Origin: Spirochaetota bacterium
Lineage (GTDB): Bacteria > Spirochaetota > B62-G9 > DRHN01
Direction: 5' to 3'
Length of the DNA: 42,369 nucleotides
Assembly: GCA_030603285.1 (NCBI GenBank)
Contig: JAUVYC010000001.1
Location: 1 to 42,369 of the forward strand
Translations under genes and position numbers: made by a program
Notes under the pieces: model-generated
What the model was told of the DNA's origin: nothing
Database searches by the model: none
Seen by the model: the letters and a program-made list of their open reading frames with translations, nothing else
In this document: in pieces, positions 19,101 through 27,646 of the stretch
How positions within the stretch are numbered: position 1 is the first letter of the stretch
How the letters are laid out: each line of letters opens with the position of its first letter

Positions 19101-19282
19101 CTGAAATATCATGCATACCTGTGGATGAAAGAATACATAATTCTAAGGAAGTTGACCGGCCCATGACAGAACACACAGCAATTAAAGAAGCGCGCCGTTG
19201 TCTCAGGTGTGATCTTGAGACTGAGGATGCGAAAAAATGGCTTGAACAGACACAAATGGCTGAGGTGAAAAGCAATGGATAA
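16163..19282 (+). CDS. NuoF-like (FMN, NADH, [4Fe-4S]) protein fused C-terminally to a GltD-like NAD(P)H/FAD module; putative diaphorase subunit of formate dehydrogenase
   Basis: ATG 16163 overlaps the nuoE-like stop. N-terminal 2Fe-2S thioredoxin-like CQGTGC...GCHGFC. NuoF motifs GRGGAGFPTG, CNADEGDPGAFMDR and ESCGECVPCR...SLCGLGKTAPNP. GltD-like part has CHHPCESKCQ, IAIIGAGPGGL, VGIIGGGNAAVDAAR and GRRRPIPIEGSEF (compare GRRRPVPIKGSEF in nfnB). Confidence 0.85.
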   Translation: MKNKNIKVFICQGTGCISSGSLEIRKTIEEEIRKIGLKDVSIVPTGCHGFCQRGPIVIIEPEGIFYSELRVEDAREIVHSHLLNNKPVEHLFYLDPITGKSIPDYRDINFYKKQQRIILRNCGHINPENIEDYLELNGYNALKKVLLNMKQKEVIEEIKKAGLRGRGGAGFPTGIKWELCHNAPGSKKYMVCNADEGDPGAFMDRSILEADPHSVLEGLIVAGYAIGADEGYIYVRAEYPLAVKRFRIALKQAEQKGFLGNNIMGTSFNFKMNVMEGAGAFVCGEETALITSIEGKSGRPRPRPPFPVHSGLWSKPTTIDNVKTLASVPRIILTGSEWYSKTGTEKCSGTAVFALTGQVSNIGLVEVPMGTSLRKIIYEIGGGIPNNKAFKAVQTGGPSGGCLPTHLLDLPVDFDSLTAAGSMMGSGGMVVMDEDTCIVDVARYFLDFTQKESCGECVPCRLGTKQMLDILTDITEGKGNLEDIDLLIELAEAVKIGSLCGLGKTAPNPILTTIKYFRDEYEAHIKYKRCPAVVCKEIISSPCQHTCPIDTEASTYTALIAEKRYKEAFDIILKDNPLPSVVARVCHHPCESKCQAGKWAEPISVRALKRFVTDYAIANDLYPETKNKIEIDLSGNDKIAIIGAGPGGLTAGYYLSEMGYDVTIFEALEVLGGALAVCIPEYRLPRNILNIDIAHIKNSGVKIKTNTMIGKDIAFDELLNNYKAIFIATGAFKSRKLQIENEDAQGVLDSMSFLKDVNLNKEVKIGNHVGIIGGGNAAVDAARCAKRIKGCEKITIFYRRTRVEMPAFKEEVDAAIEEGIEIHFLTAPIKIAAENGKITGIELIKMKLGHLDSSGRRRPIPIEGSEFTVSPDTLIVAIGQDPDLSFLGKNHGLTISKYGTIVVSSETYATNRDGIFAGGDVVTGANTVVDAMSSGKRASKMIDKYMRGENISTEYQLTRPSMYVPPVELTEEEIEEAKRPEISCIPVDERIHNSKEVDRPMTEHTAIKEARRCLRCDLETEDAKKWLEQTQMAEVKSNG

Positions 19283-21944
19283 GATTACTTTCACAATCGA
19301 TGGGCAAAAGATTACAGCAGATAAGGGTATGACCATATTGGAAGCAGCGCTTGAAAATGGTATCTATATTCCACACCTCTGCTACCACCCTGATTTAGAA
19401 CCTGTTGGTGTATGCAGGCTCTGTATGGTTGAAATTGAACAGAGAGGGTTATTCACTTCATGTAATACACCTGCTGAGCCTGAAATAGCCGTCAGAACAG
19501 AAACCCCGGAAATTGAGAAGGTTCGCAGGGTTACTGCTGAACTCCTGATCGTGAATCACCCATTCGATTGCCTTATATGTGAAAAAAATACAAATTGTGA
19601 ACTGCAAAAGATAGCTCACTTTATCGGTATCGATGAAGAACATATTAATAAAATGAGAAAACCAGAAAGGATACTTCCAATCGATACCTCAAACCCGTTC
19701 TTTATCTATGATCCAAATAGATGCGTCCTCTGTGGTATATGTGTGCGCACCTGTAGAAATACAGTCAGTATAAGTACTCTCGATTTTATGGATCGCGGTT
19801 ACAATTCAATTGTAAGCACCTTTGGGAATAAGCCAATACTTGAATCGAGGTGTGTCTCCTGTGGTGAGTGCGTTGCACGCTGCCCTGTTGGTTCTTTAAA
19901 ACCCAAAGAAACTCCAATACCATCCCGTGAAATAAAAACAACCTGCCCTTACTGCGGTGTGGGGTGTGGATTAATCCTTGGATCACGCGGTGATAAGATT
20001 GTGAGCAGCCGCGGTGATATTGAAAATCCGATAAACAAAGGACAGTTGTGCGTGAAAGGAAGATTTGGGCATGAGTTCATCAATCATCCCGAACGTCTGA
20101 CAACACCTTTAACAAAGAAAGATGGTTTGTTTGTTGAAACCTCGTGGGATGAAGCTCTTGAGCTAATAGCAGATAAGTTCTCGCACTATAACGGGGATCA
20201 ATTCGTGGCTCTTTCATCAGCCAAATGTACAAATGAAGAAAATTATATCATGCAAAAGTTTACACGGGCAGTAATGGGAACGAATACTATCGACCACTGT
20301 GCACGTCTTTGTCATGCTCCATCGGTTGCTGGTCTTGCCCAGAGTTTCGGAAGTGGTGCAATGACAAACTCTATAAACGAAATACAATATACAAAATCTA
20401 TATTCGCGATAGGGACCAATACCACTTCCGCTCACCCGGTAATCGCGTATAAGATAAAAAATGCTGTAAAAGAGGGCTCTAAACTTATTGTGGCAAATCC
20501 GAAAGAAATAGATCTTTGTGAGTTTGCCGATATCTTTTTGCAGCACCGTCCTGGAACGGACGTGGCTCTCCTCATGGGCATAATGAAAGTAATCGTTGAT
20601 GAAAATCTCTACGACAGGGATTTCATCAATAAACGTTGTGAAAATTTTACCGACTTTAAATCATCACTCGATAATTTCACCCTCGATTTTGTCGAAAGAA
20701 TAACGGGAGTCCACAGGGATAAGATAATTCAGGCAGCGGTTACCTACGCTACCCACAAACCAGGTATGCTTTTCTATGCTATGGGAATTACCCAGCATAC
20801 ACATGGAACAGATAATGTTCTTGCCACAAGTAACATCGCTCTACTCACAGGCAATATTGGAAAACCCTCCACAGGGGTAAATCCCCTGAGGGGTCAGAAC
20901 AATGTCCAGGGAGCCTGCGATCTGGGGGCTCTTCCGAATGTCTACCCTGGGTACCAGAAAGTAGATGTACCGGCAATAAAACAGAAGTTTGAAAAGGCAT
21001 GGAACTGTACCCTGTCTGAAGAACCTGGTCTCACTCATACAGAAATATTTGATTCTATCCTCGAGGGGAAAATTAAAGTTCTCTATCAGATGGGAGAAAA
21101 TCCAGTCATCAGCGAGGCAAATGCAAGCCATGTGATAAAAGCCATTGAACAACTGGAATTTTTTGTGGCTCAGGATATATTTCTAACAGAAACAGCCAGA
21201 TATGCGGATGTTGTTCTCCCGGCTTCAAGTTTTGCTGAAAAGGATGGAACCTTTACAAATACAGAACGTCGTGTGCAGCGTGTGAGGAAGGCAATTGAAC
21301 CCCTCGGTGAAAGTAAGCCAGACTGGCAAATTACCTGTGAAATCGCAAAAAGGATGGGGAAAGAGGGGTTTGATTTCACCCATCCTGTTCAAATAATGGA
21401 TGAGATCGCTTCCCTCACGCCAAGCTATGGTGGGATTTCCTATGAACGCCTGGAATATCACGACCTGCAGTGGCCCTGTCCCAATGATACTCATATGGGA
21501 ACCCCCATTCTCCATTCCGAGTCCTTTGCAACTGCGAGTGGAAAAGGTAAATTCATGCCCCTTACGTATAAACCATCATTTGAGCTCCCTGATGATGACT
21601 ATCCACTGATCCTTACAACCGACAGAAGTCTTTACCACTTTCATACTGCAACGATGACAAGAAAAGGCGGGCTGGTAAAATTGCGGGATAGAGAGCTGGT
21701 GGAAATCAACCCCCAGGATGCAGAAGAATTAGGTTTAACAAACGCCCAGCTCGTAAAGGTTATTTCTCGCCGTGGTGTGGTGAAGTCACAGATTAAAATA
21801 ACCGATGTTTCCCAAAAAGGCGTCATTTCGATGACCTTTCACTTTGCTGAAAGCCCGACAAATTTACTTACAAATGATGCAATTGATCCTGTAGCCAAAA
21901 TTCCTGAAACAAAGGTATGCGCAGTTCGGATAGAAAAGGTCTAA
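19275..21944 (+). CDS. fdhA: Formate dehydrogenase catalytic (alpha) subunit, cytoplasmic NuoG-like/FdhF-type, cysteine variant
   Basis: 889-aa ORF. N-terminal 2Fe-2S (CRLC) and 4Fe-4S ferredoxin motifs (CVLCGICVRTC, CVSCGECVARCP); MopB cluster motif CPYCGVGCG; active-site context HCARLCHAPSVAG with Cys346 (tgt 20310-20312) where Sec-FDHs have U. No Tat or signal peptide. Confidence 0.88.
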   Translation: MDKITFTIDGQKITADKGMTILEAALENGIYIPHLCYHPDLEPVGVCRLCMVEIEQRGLFTSCNTPAEPEIAVRTETPEIEKVRRVTAELLIVNHPFDCLICEKNTNCELQKIAHFIGIDEEHINKMRKPERILPIDTSNPFFIYDPNRCVLCGICVRTCRNTVSISTLDFMDRGYNSIVSTFGNKPILESRCVSCGECVARCPVGSLKPKETPIPSREIKTTCPYCGVGCGLILGSRGDKIVSSRGDIENPINKGQLCVKGRFGHEFINHPERLTTPLTKKDGLFVETSWDEALELIADKFSHYNGDQFVALSSAKCTNEENYIMQKFTRAVMGTNTIDHCARLCHAPSVAGLAQSFGSGAMTNSINEIQYTKSIFAIGTNTTSAHPVIAYKIKNAVKEGSKLIVANPKEIDLCEFADIFLQHRPGTDVALLMGIMKVIVDENLYDRDFINKRCENFTDFKSSLDNFTLDFVERITGVHRDKIIQAAVTYATHKPGMLFYAMGITQHTHGTDNVLATSNIALLTGNIGKPSTGVNPLRGQNNVQGACDLGALPNVYPGYQKVDVPAIKQKFEKAWNCTLSEEPGLTHTEIFDSILEGKIKVLYQMGENPVISEANASHVIKAIEQLEFFVAQDIFLTETARYADVVLPASSFAEKDGTFTNTERRVQRVRKAIEPLGESKPDWQITCEIAKRMGKEGFDFTHPVQIMDEIASLTPSYGGISYERLEYHDLQWPCPNDTHMGTPILHSESFATASGKGKFMPLTYKPSFELPDDDYPLILTTDRSLYHFHTATMTRKGGLVKLRDRELVEINPQDAEELGLTNAQLVKVISRRGVVKSQIKITDVSQKGVISMTFHFAESPTNLLTNDAIDPVAKIPETKVCAVRIEKV

Positions 21945-22236
21945 TTAGTGGGTTGAAACAACAAACGGCCATATCCTAAGCCCACCTTCAAGGACTTTTA
22001 CATCAGAAATTTACAAGAGATGGGGGTTGGTTTATCACAATGCGAGTGGTTGAAGTTTATGGTCAAATATGTTATGCTACTGTTTTGAAAAATTTGTGCC
22101 TTAAGCTCAAAACATTAATATAAATGCAGAAGGGTCTTTTTTATATTCATTGCAATGCAGTATTATTGATGTTACGATATTCTGCTGAAAACCTTGAACC
22201 GTACTGTGAAATAATAGAAATGAAAGGAGAATATGT

Positions 22237-23187
22237 GTGACAGAAAAACCATCACTAATACAAATCTGGCTGATTGCTATCAGACCTTTTGCCCTGCCCG
22301 CTTCTACGATGCCTGTACTCTTTGGTACCGTGATGGCGGTAACCGTTGGAAAAGCGACGTTTAACCTTTCCTTATTCCTTCTTGCATTATTTTCAATGGT
22401 TATCCTTCATTCGGGAGCAAACATGCTTAACGATTTTAAGGATTTCAAGAAGGGACTGGATAAGGTTCCCACTCCCAACAGCGGAGCGGTTGTAAGGGGA
22501 TATATTAGTTCCAGGTCCTGTCTCATAAGTGCGATAATCCTTCTTTTAATTGGCTCTATTCTCGGTTTGATAATAGTTTATTATGTCGGTTTACCGATTA
22601 TTATAATTGGTGCTGTTGGAATTGCCATCGGGGTCTTCTATTCTATAAGCCCTGTTGCCCTGAAATACCATGCTCTTGGAGATCTGGCAGTCTTCCTGGA
22701 CTTTGGAATCCTTGGAGCCCTCGGAGCATGGACAGTTCAGACAGGTGCCATTTCATGGATTCCCGCTCTATGGGCTGTACCCATGTCAATTCTGGTTGCA
22801 GCTATTTTACACGCAAACAACTGGCGTGACATACAGGAGGATAAACAAGAAGGGATCACCTCACTTGCTTCTTTGCTTGGTGATAAGGCATCGCATATCT
22901 ACTATGGCTTTCTCATCTACGGGGCCTTTGGTTTTATTCTTTTACTGCTCATTCTAACCCGCATTGTAATACGGCCATCAATGCCATTCACCTTCTTAAT
23001 CACATTACTTTCATTTCCTCTGGCGGTTAAGCTAATGCGTCAAGGAAAAATGCGGGCTGTAGCTGAAAATCGTTTCAATTTTCTCAAGCTTGATGCTGGG
23101 ACCGCTAAACTTAATCTGGTGTTTAGTTTACTATGCACTGTAGCGATCCTACTTCCTTATCTTTGGATATCAATCATATCTCCTTAA
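22237..23187 (+). CDS. menA: UbiA-family aromatic prenyltransferase, MenA-like (1,4-dihydroxy-2-naphthoate polyprenyltransferase)
   Basis: 316-aa polytopic membrane ORF (GTG start after RBS aaaggag). Asp-rich motif NMLNDFKDFKKGLD and second motif NNWRDIQEDK. Confidence 0.7.
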   Translation: MTEKPSLIQIWLIAIRPFALPASTMPVLFGTVMAVTVGKATFNLSLFLLALFSMVILHSGANMLNDFKDFKKGLDKVPTPNSGAVVRGYISSRSCLISAIILLLIGSILGLIIVYYVGLPIIIIGAVGIAIGVFYSISPVALKYHALGDLAVFLDFGILGALGAWTVQTGAISWIPALWAVPMSILVAAILHANNWRDIQEDKQEGITSLASLLGDKASHIYYGFLIYGAFGFILLLLILTRIVIRPSMPFTFLITLLSFPLAVKLMRQGKMRAVAENRFNFLKLDAGTAKLNLVFSLLCTVAILLPYLWISIISP

Positions 23188-24034
23188 CCCTCTCAGTAAC
23201 ATAATCGCATAAATTAAAGAATATCTTCTTAATTGGTCTTTCCTTTAATACCTTAATTTCTCCTTTTGCCCTCTCAGCATATTCTTTGGCTTTTTCAATC
23301 ATACTTATGTCAGAATTAAATATAGAGTCACCGTCCATATAATCATCGACAATTTGAAAAGACAATCCAAAGTATAGTCCATAATTTGCCAATGCTGTTG
23401 ATATTTTTTCATCTGCTCCATTTACCATCCCTCCGCTTTGACAGGATACAGAAAAAAGAGAAGCAGTTTTGTTCTCTATGACTTCAAGATATTCCTTAAA
23501 TGAAGGATTAATTCTGGAATTCTTTATTTTATACTCAAATATTTCACCGAAACACATTTTTTTTGCAATATCGCAGAAGATCTGTGAAAGCCTCTCATAC
23601 AGTTTATGATTTTTTATTTTTATACTGATGAGTAAAGAGAAGGACTGAGAATAAAGGATATCTCCAACCAGAACTGCTATGTGATTACCAAATTGTTTAT
23701 TTAGTGTCAATTGATGTCTGCGATATTTTGATTCATCAATAATATCATCATGAATAAGTGATGCCGAATGAATGAGTTCAATCGCGGTTGCCAGTTTTAC
23801 AAATTGCTTAATGTCTGACTTTTGGAGTTCATTAACCGCTTTAGCTGACAGTAAAACCAGAGCAGGTCGTAAACGCTTGCCTGGAACATTAAAGAGATGG
23901 CTGATAATCCCGTTTACAAATTTGTGATTTTCTGAACTATGTTTTATACCGATTAGTTTTATCTGTTCTTTTAATTCCCCCTCAACTTGAGACAGTTCTT
24001 CTGATATTGGTCGAAAGATCTCTTTAAGTTCCAT
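23174..24034 (-). CDS. Trans-polyprenyl diphosphate synthase (hepta/octaprenyl-type)
   Basis: First and second Asp-rich motifs LIHDDIIDE and IVDDYMDGD. Its 3' end overlaps the menA-like gene by 14 nt (convergent). Confidence 0.85.
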   Translation of the reverse strand: MELKEIFRPISEELSQVEGELKEQIKLIGIKHSSENHKFVNGIISHLFNVPGKRLRPALVLLSAKAVNELQKSDIKQFVKLATAIELIHSASLIHDDIIDESKYRRHQLTLNKQFGNHIAVLVGDILYSQSFSLLISIKIKNHKLYERLSQIFCDIAKKMCFGEIFEYKIKNSRINPSFKEYLEVIENKTASLFSVSCQSGGMVNGADEKISTALANYGLYFGLSFQIVDDYMDGDSIFNSDISMIEKAKEYAERAKGEIKVLKERPIKKIFFNLCDYVTERVKEI

Positions 24035-24289
24035 CTATTCTCTTTTCTATCTCTGATTTGTTAATCTTTTTAATTTCTTTCTTATAAATAATCTAATTGT
24101 AACAGCATAAAAAATATAATATATAGCTTTTTTCTGTCGATGTAAGGTTTTTTCTTCAACTGCCCATCTTAGTTTTTCAATCACTTTTTATTACTGCGAA
24201 CAATGGTATTGTTCAAGCAGGAAAATCACATCATCTTGACTTGATTTTAATAATTCTAAATATTATTATAAACAATGCAAGAATATAGT

Positions 24290-24384
24290 AGAGAGGATGA
24301 AACTGGTGTTTCAACTGGTCTTCAAAACCAGTAGCGGGCGGATAAAACCGTCTGTGGCAGGTTCGATTCCTGCCCTCTCTGCCA
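24290..24384 (+). tRNA. selC: tRNA-Sec (anticodon UCA)
   Basis: Hand fold: 6-bp D stem TGAAAC/GTTTCA with 4-nt loop TGGT; 6-bp anticodon stem ACTGGT/ACCAGT with loop CTTCAAA (UCA); long variable arm (about 7 bp, CGGGCGG-ATAAAA-CCGTCTG); T arm GCAGG-TTCGATT-CCTGC; acceptor AGAGAGG/CCTCTCT; discriminator G; encoded CCA. The 5' end is uncertain by +/-2 nt. It lies directly upstream of selA. Confidence 0.88.
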
Positions 24385-24407
24385 TATATTTTATGATGAA
24401 AAACCCT

Positions 24408-24435
24408 AATGTGGACAAGCCACATTCTTGATTTT
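24408..24435 (+). terminator. Hairpin plus T-rich tail after tRNA-Sec
   Basis: AATGTGG-acaag-CCACATT (7-bp stem) followed by CTTGATTTT. Confidence 0.45.
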
Positions 24436-24489
24436 AAAGATATTTAAATTGTTATTAAGGTACTGAAATATCTAACAACGATTGTTAAT

Positions 24490-25914
24490 ATGCCAGATAA
24501 TCCCTACACCAACAAACTCAATAAATTACCGGGTGTTGATACAATTTTAAATTATCCTGATGTATCCAATTTAGAAAAAGAACACAGCCATGATGTTGTT
24601 GTTCATGCTATCCGGAAGGTGCTTGATCGTATACGGCAGGGTATTCTGAATGGAGGTGAAGAACCTCAGATAAAAAAAATTGTTTCTGATATTTTTATGA
24701 CCGTTCAAGGCATAACAGGGCGTTTGTTCAAACCGGTCATCAATGCCACAGGAGTTGTAATCCATACCAATCTTGGTCGTGCTCCATTTGGAAAACAGGT
24801 TGTGTCTGACGTACAGGAACTCATAACAGGATATTCTAACCTGGAATACGATCTTACAAATGCATGTCGTGGAAATCGGGGAGACCATGTCAGGGAGATA
24901 ATAAGGTTCCTTACGAATGCGGAAGATGCCATCGTAGTAAATAATAATGCTGCTGCTATCATTCTTACCCTTAATACACTTGCCTTGCAAAAGGATGTTA
25001 TAATATCTCGCGGAGAACTTATTGAGATTGGTGGATCCTTTCGGATACCCGAAATAATGGCAGCATCAGGGGCCAGAATGATTGAAGTTGGAACGACAAA
25101 CAGAACAAGGATTGAAGATTATGAAGGTACTATTGGACCAGCCACAGGAATCCTCTTTAAGGCCCATAAATCTAACTTTTCAATAAAGGGATTTACAGAA
25201 GAAGCCAGTATAAAGCAACTCTCAGCGCTGGGAAAAAAACACTCAGTGCCCTTGATCTATGATATTGGTTCAGGTCTTCTTCGTAAACCGAGGGGCCTGC
25301 CGATTAAGGACGAACCGGATGTCAGACAGGCGATCGAGGATGGAGCAGATATTGTGACGTTTAGTTGTGATAAGCTTCTAGGCGGCCCTCAGGCAGGAAT
25401 TATTGCGGGAAAAAAGGAATTGATAGGGCGGTTTTCATGCGCTCCAATGATGAGGGCACTCCGCGTTGGCAAACTAACCCTGGCATTTCTTAATGCTGCT
25501 TGCAGGCATTATCTTGACGATGAGATATTAATCAGTGCAACACCTCTGTTTAAAATGCTTGAGCGTCCGGTAAATGAACTGGAGCGGCTTGCACGCACTT
25601 TACAACAGGAACTTGGAACGCTTCGAATTGATGTTGTTATAATAGAGAGTACAGGCCAGTGCGGTGGCGGGACACTTCCGGATCTTGAGATCAAGAGTTA
25701 TGCAGTTAAATTAAAACCAGGCAGCAAAAGAAAAAAGGATAAAGCATTATGGGCTGAAGAAATTTTCAAAAAGCTTCACTTTCTTGAACGGCCGGTTATA
25801 GGAGTTTTGCGAAAAGGAGATGTCATTTTTGATGTTTTGACTGTCTTTGAGGAAGATATTTCCTACATTACAAGTGCCATTGCAAAAGTTGTGAAGGAAG
25901 TCAATGCACAGTAA
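24490..25914 (+). CDS. selA: L-seryl-tRNA(Sec) selenium transferase
   Basis: 474-aa ORF. N-terminus ...LNKLPGVDTIL typical of SelA, and the PLP-lysine motif FSCDKLLGGPQAG. It is adjacent to tRNA-Sec. Confidence 0.9.
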   Translation: MPDNPYTNKLNKLPGVDTILNYPDVSNLEKEHSHDVVVHAIRKVLDRIRQGILNGGEEPQIKKIVSDIFMTVQGITGRLFKPVINATGVVIHTNLGRAPFGKQVVSDVQELITGYSNLEYDLTNACRGNRGDHVREIIRFLTNAEDAIVVNNNAAAIILTLNTLALQKDVIISRGELIEIGGSFRIPEIMAASGARMIEVGTTNRTRIEDYEGTIGPATGILFKAHKSNFSIKGFTEEASIKQLSALGKKHSVPLIYDIGSGLLRKPRGLPIKDEPDVRQAIEDGADIVTFSCDKLLGGPQAGIIAGKKELIGRFSCAPMMRALRVGKLTLAFLNAACRHYLDDEILISATPLFKMLERPVNELERLARTLQQELGTLRIDVVIIESTGQCGGGTLPDLEIKSYAVKLKPGSKRKKDKALWAEEIFKKLHFLERPVIGVLRKGDVIFDVLTVFEEDISYITSAIAKVVKEVNAQ

Positions 25915-25993
25915 AAGACCACCTACGGTAAGCAGTGGTTTCTACGAAACCTTAGCTTTTTCCAAGCCAAAAGGCTTTTAGGCGCTTAATACT

Positions 25994-26027
25994 GATTTTC
26001 TTGTTATTCACGCAAGAAAATCTTTTT
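25994..26027 (+). terminator. Rho-independent terminator candidate for selA
   Basis: 10-bp stem GATTTTCTTG / CAAGAAAATC with 9-nt loop, followed by TTTTT (26023-26027). The stem is AT-rich. Confidence 0.5.
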
Positions 26028-26096
26028 AATCATGAATGCGGCTTGTCCGCAGTAAAGGCTTAGCCTTTGAATTAACCTTTTTAGAAATAGTATAGA

Positions 26097-26128
26097 CCAC
26101 CTCCAAAGGAGGTGGCTTCCTTTTGGCA
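26097..26128. repeat. Partial second copy of the 5476..5518 palindromic element; likely terminator hairpin for the minus-strand yedF-DUF3343 operon
   Basis: CCACCTCC-aaa-GGAGGTGG (26097-26115) followed by CTTCCTTTTGGCA. The reverse complement TGCCAAAAGGAAGCCACCTCCTTTGGAGGTGG matches 5475-5506 with one mismatch. On the minus strand a T-rich tract (TCTATACTATTTCT) follows the stem. Confidence 0.7.
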
Positions 26129-26183
26129 GTGAAACTTCTCATAATGAGAACCAAAGGAGATATTTACCATCTCATTTTTCCAT

Positions 26184-26420
26184 TTACTGCTTCTCCGGCT
26201 TCCAGTTCACAAAATTACATTCTATACACTTCGCTTTAAGTTTTGCTCTAAGTAAATCTTTTTGTTCTATGGGCAATTCCATACCCATATTACAGTCTGT
26301 GGATATCCATCTGGGCACAGGAATAATCCTGACCCTGATGCCAGCCTCCCTTGCTATACGCTCAGCCTGTAACGCATCATGTGTGGAAGAAAATGTAATT
26401 ATAGATCGTTCTTTAGTCAT
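26184..26420 (-). CDS. DUF3343 (putative Se/S carrier-like) small protein
   Basis: 78-aa ORF. The pattern IITFSSTHDALQAERIAREAGIRVRIIPVPRWISTDCNMG is typical of DUF3343. Its start overlaps the stop of the cysteine desulfurase gene (ATGACTAA coupling). Confidence 0.75.
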   Translation of the reverse strand: MTKERSIITFSSTHDALQAERIAREAGIRVRIIPVPRWISTDCNMGMELPIEQKDLLRAKLKAKCIECNFVNWKPEKQ

Positions 26421-27558
26421 TGCATATCTCAGCTAAAGATTTCAGGAAATATTCAACTTCCTCCTTAGTCGTAAAATAACCAATGCTTGCCCTAACAGTA
26501 CCTTCTGGGAATGTACCAATTATCTTGTGCGCGGATGGAGCACAATGAAGTCCAACCCTTATCATAATGCCAAAACGGTCTTCAAGCTCCGATGCTATCT
26601 CCGCTGGATCACGTCTCTTTACTGTGAAGGAAAATATACCTACGTTAAATCTCATATCACGGGGACCATACACAACTACGTCTTTGATTGTTTCCAGTCC
26701 ATCCCGGAAGATTTTACCGATCTCAAAAATAGATTGACGTATTTTTTCAATCGTCTCTGCTGCAATAAAATCCAGTGCAGCAGAGAGACCTGCAAGTCCC
26801 GGTGTGTTAGGAGTACCGCTTTCATATTTATCCGGTAATATATCCGGTTGGATTTCCTCACTGGAGGCGCTTCCTGTACCACCATATTTAAGCGGAACCG
26901 GACATAAGCCTTTTCTGATATAAAGTCCTCCCACACCCTGTGGACCCATCAAACATTTGTGCCCACTAAACGCTAGTAAGTCTATAGGAAGTCTGGTAAG
27001 GTCAATTGATACACATCCGAGTGTCTGTGCAGCATCAACCAGTGATAAAATTCCATGTTTCCTTGCAATCCTACAGCACTCTTCAATTGGCTGAATTGTG
27101 CCGGTCACATTAGAAGCATGAGGCATTATAATCAATACAGTTTCTGGTCGAAGGCAATTCCTCAGGTCATCTGGGTCTGTAATACTATCAGCATCCGACC
27201 TTACCCTGGTAACAGTTATATCACGTTCCTCTATCATGGCTGAAAGAGGGCGCATAACAGAATTATGCTCAAGACTGGTCACAACTACATGATCTCCTTG
27301 CTTCAAGATTCCCTTGATGGCAAGATTGAGAGCCTCTGTACAATTAAGTGTAAAGATGAGGTGGGATGAATTATTAATTCCCAGAAGACCTGCTATTTTA
27401 TCTCTTACGTCTGTAACAATTCTACTTGCTCGAATACCTTGTTTATGCACAGACCTTCCCGGACTTGCCCCTATAGTGCGCATAAAATTGTCAATTGCTT
27501 TATAAACGCAATCCGGCTTTTTAATAGATGTTGCTGCTGTATCTAAATATACTTCCAT
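26413..27558 (-). CDS. Class-V aminotransferase: cysteine desulfurase / selenocysteine lyase family
   Basis: 381-aa ORF with PLP-lysine motif FSGHKCLMGPQG and the active-site Cys context RVGLHCAPSAH. Confidence 0.85.
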   Translation of the reverse strand: MEVYLDTAATSIKKPDCVYKAIDNFMRTIGASPGRSVHKQGIRASRIVTDVRDKIAGLLGINNSSHLIFTLNCTEALNLAIKGILKQGDHVVVTSLEHNSVMRPLSAMIEERDITVTRVRSDADSITDPDDLRNCLRPETVLIIMPHASNVTGTIQPIEECCRIARKHGILSLVDAAQTLGCVSIDLTRLPIDLLAFSGHKCLMGPQGVGGLYIRKGLCPVPLKYGGTGSASSEEIQPDILPDKYESGTPNTPGLAGLSAALDFIAAETIEKIRQSIFEIGKIFRDGLETIKDVVVYGPRDMRFNVGIFSFTVKRRDPAEIASELEDRFGIMIRVGLHCAPSAHKIIGTFPEGTVRASIGYFTTKEEVEYFLKSLAEICND

Positions 27559-27646
27559 GTTGTATTATAGTCTCTGCGACTATATGGCTGAATATTAACT
27601 AAAACTCTAAATTATAAAGTGACCACCTGTTGAAATGACAAAACTT

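Noticed and set aside
24231-24425. 64-aa minus-strand ORF
   Set aside because: It overlaps the tRNA-Sec gene completely, so it is a translation artefact.
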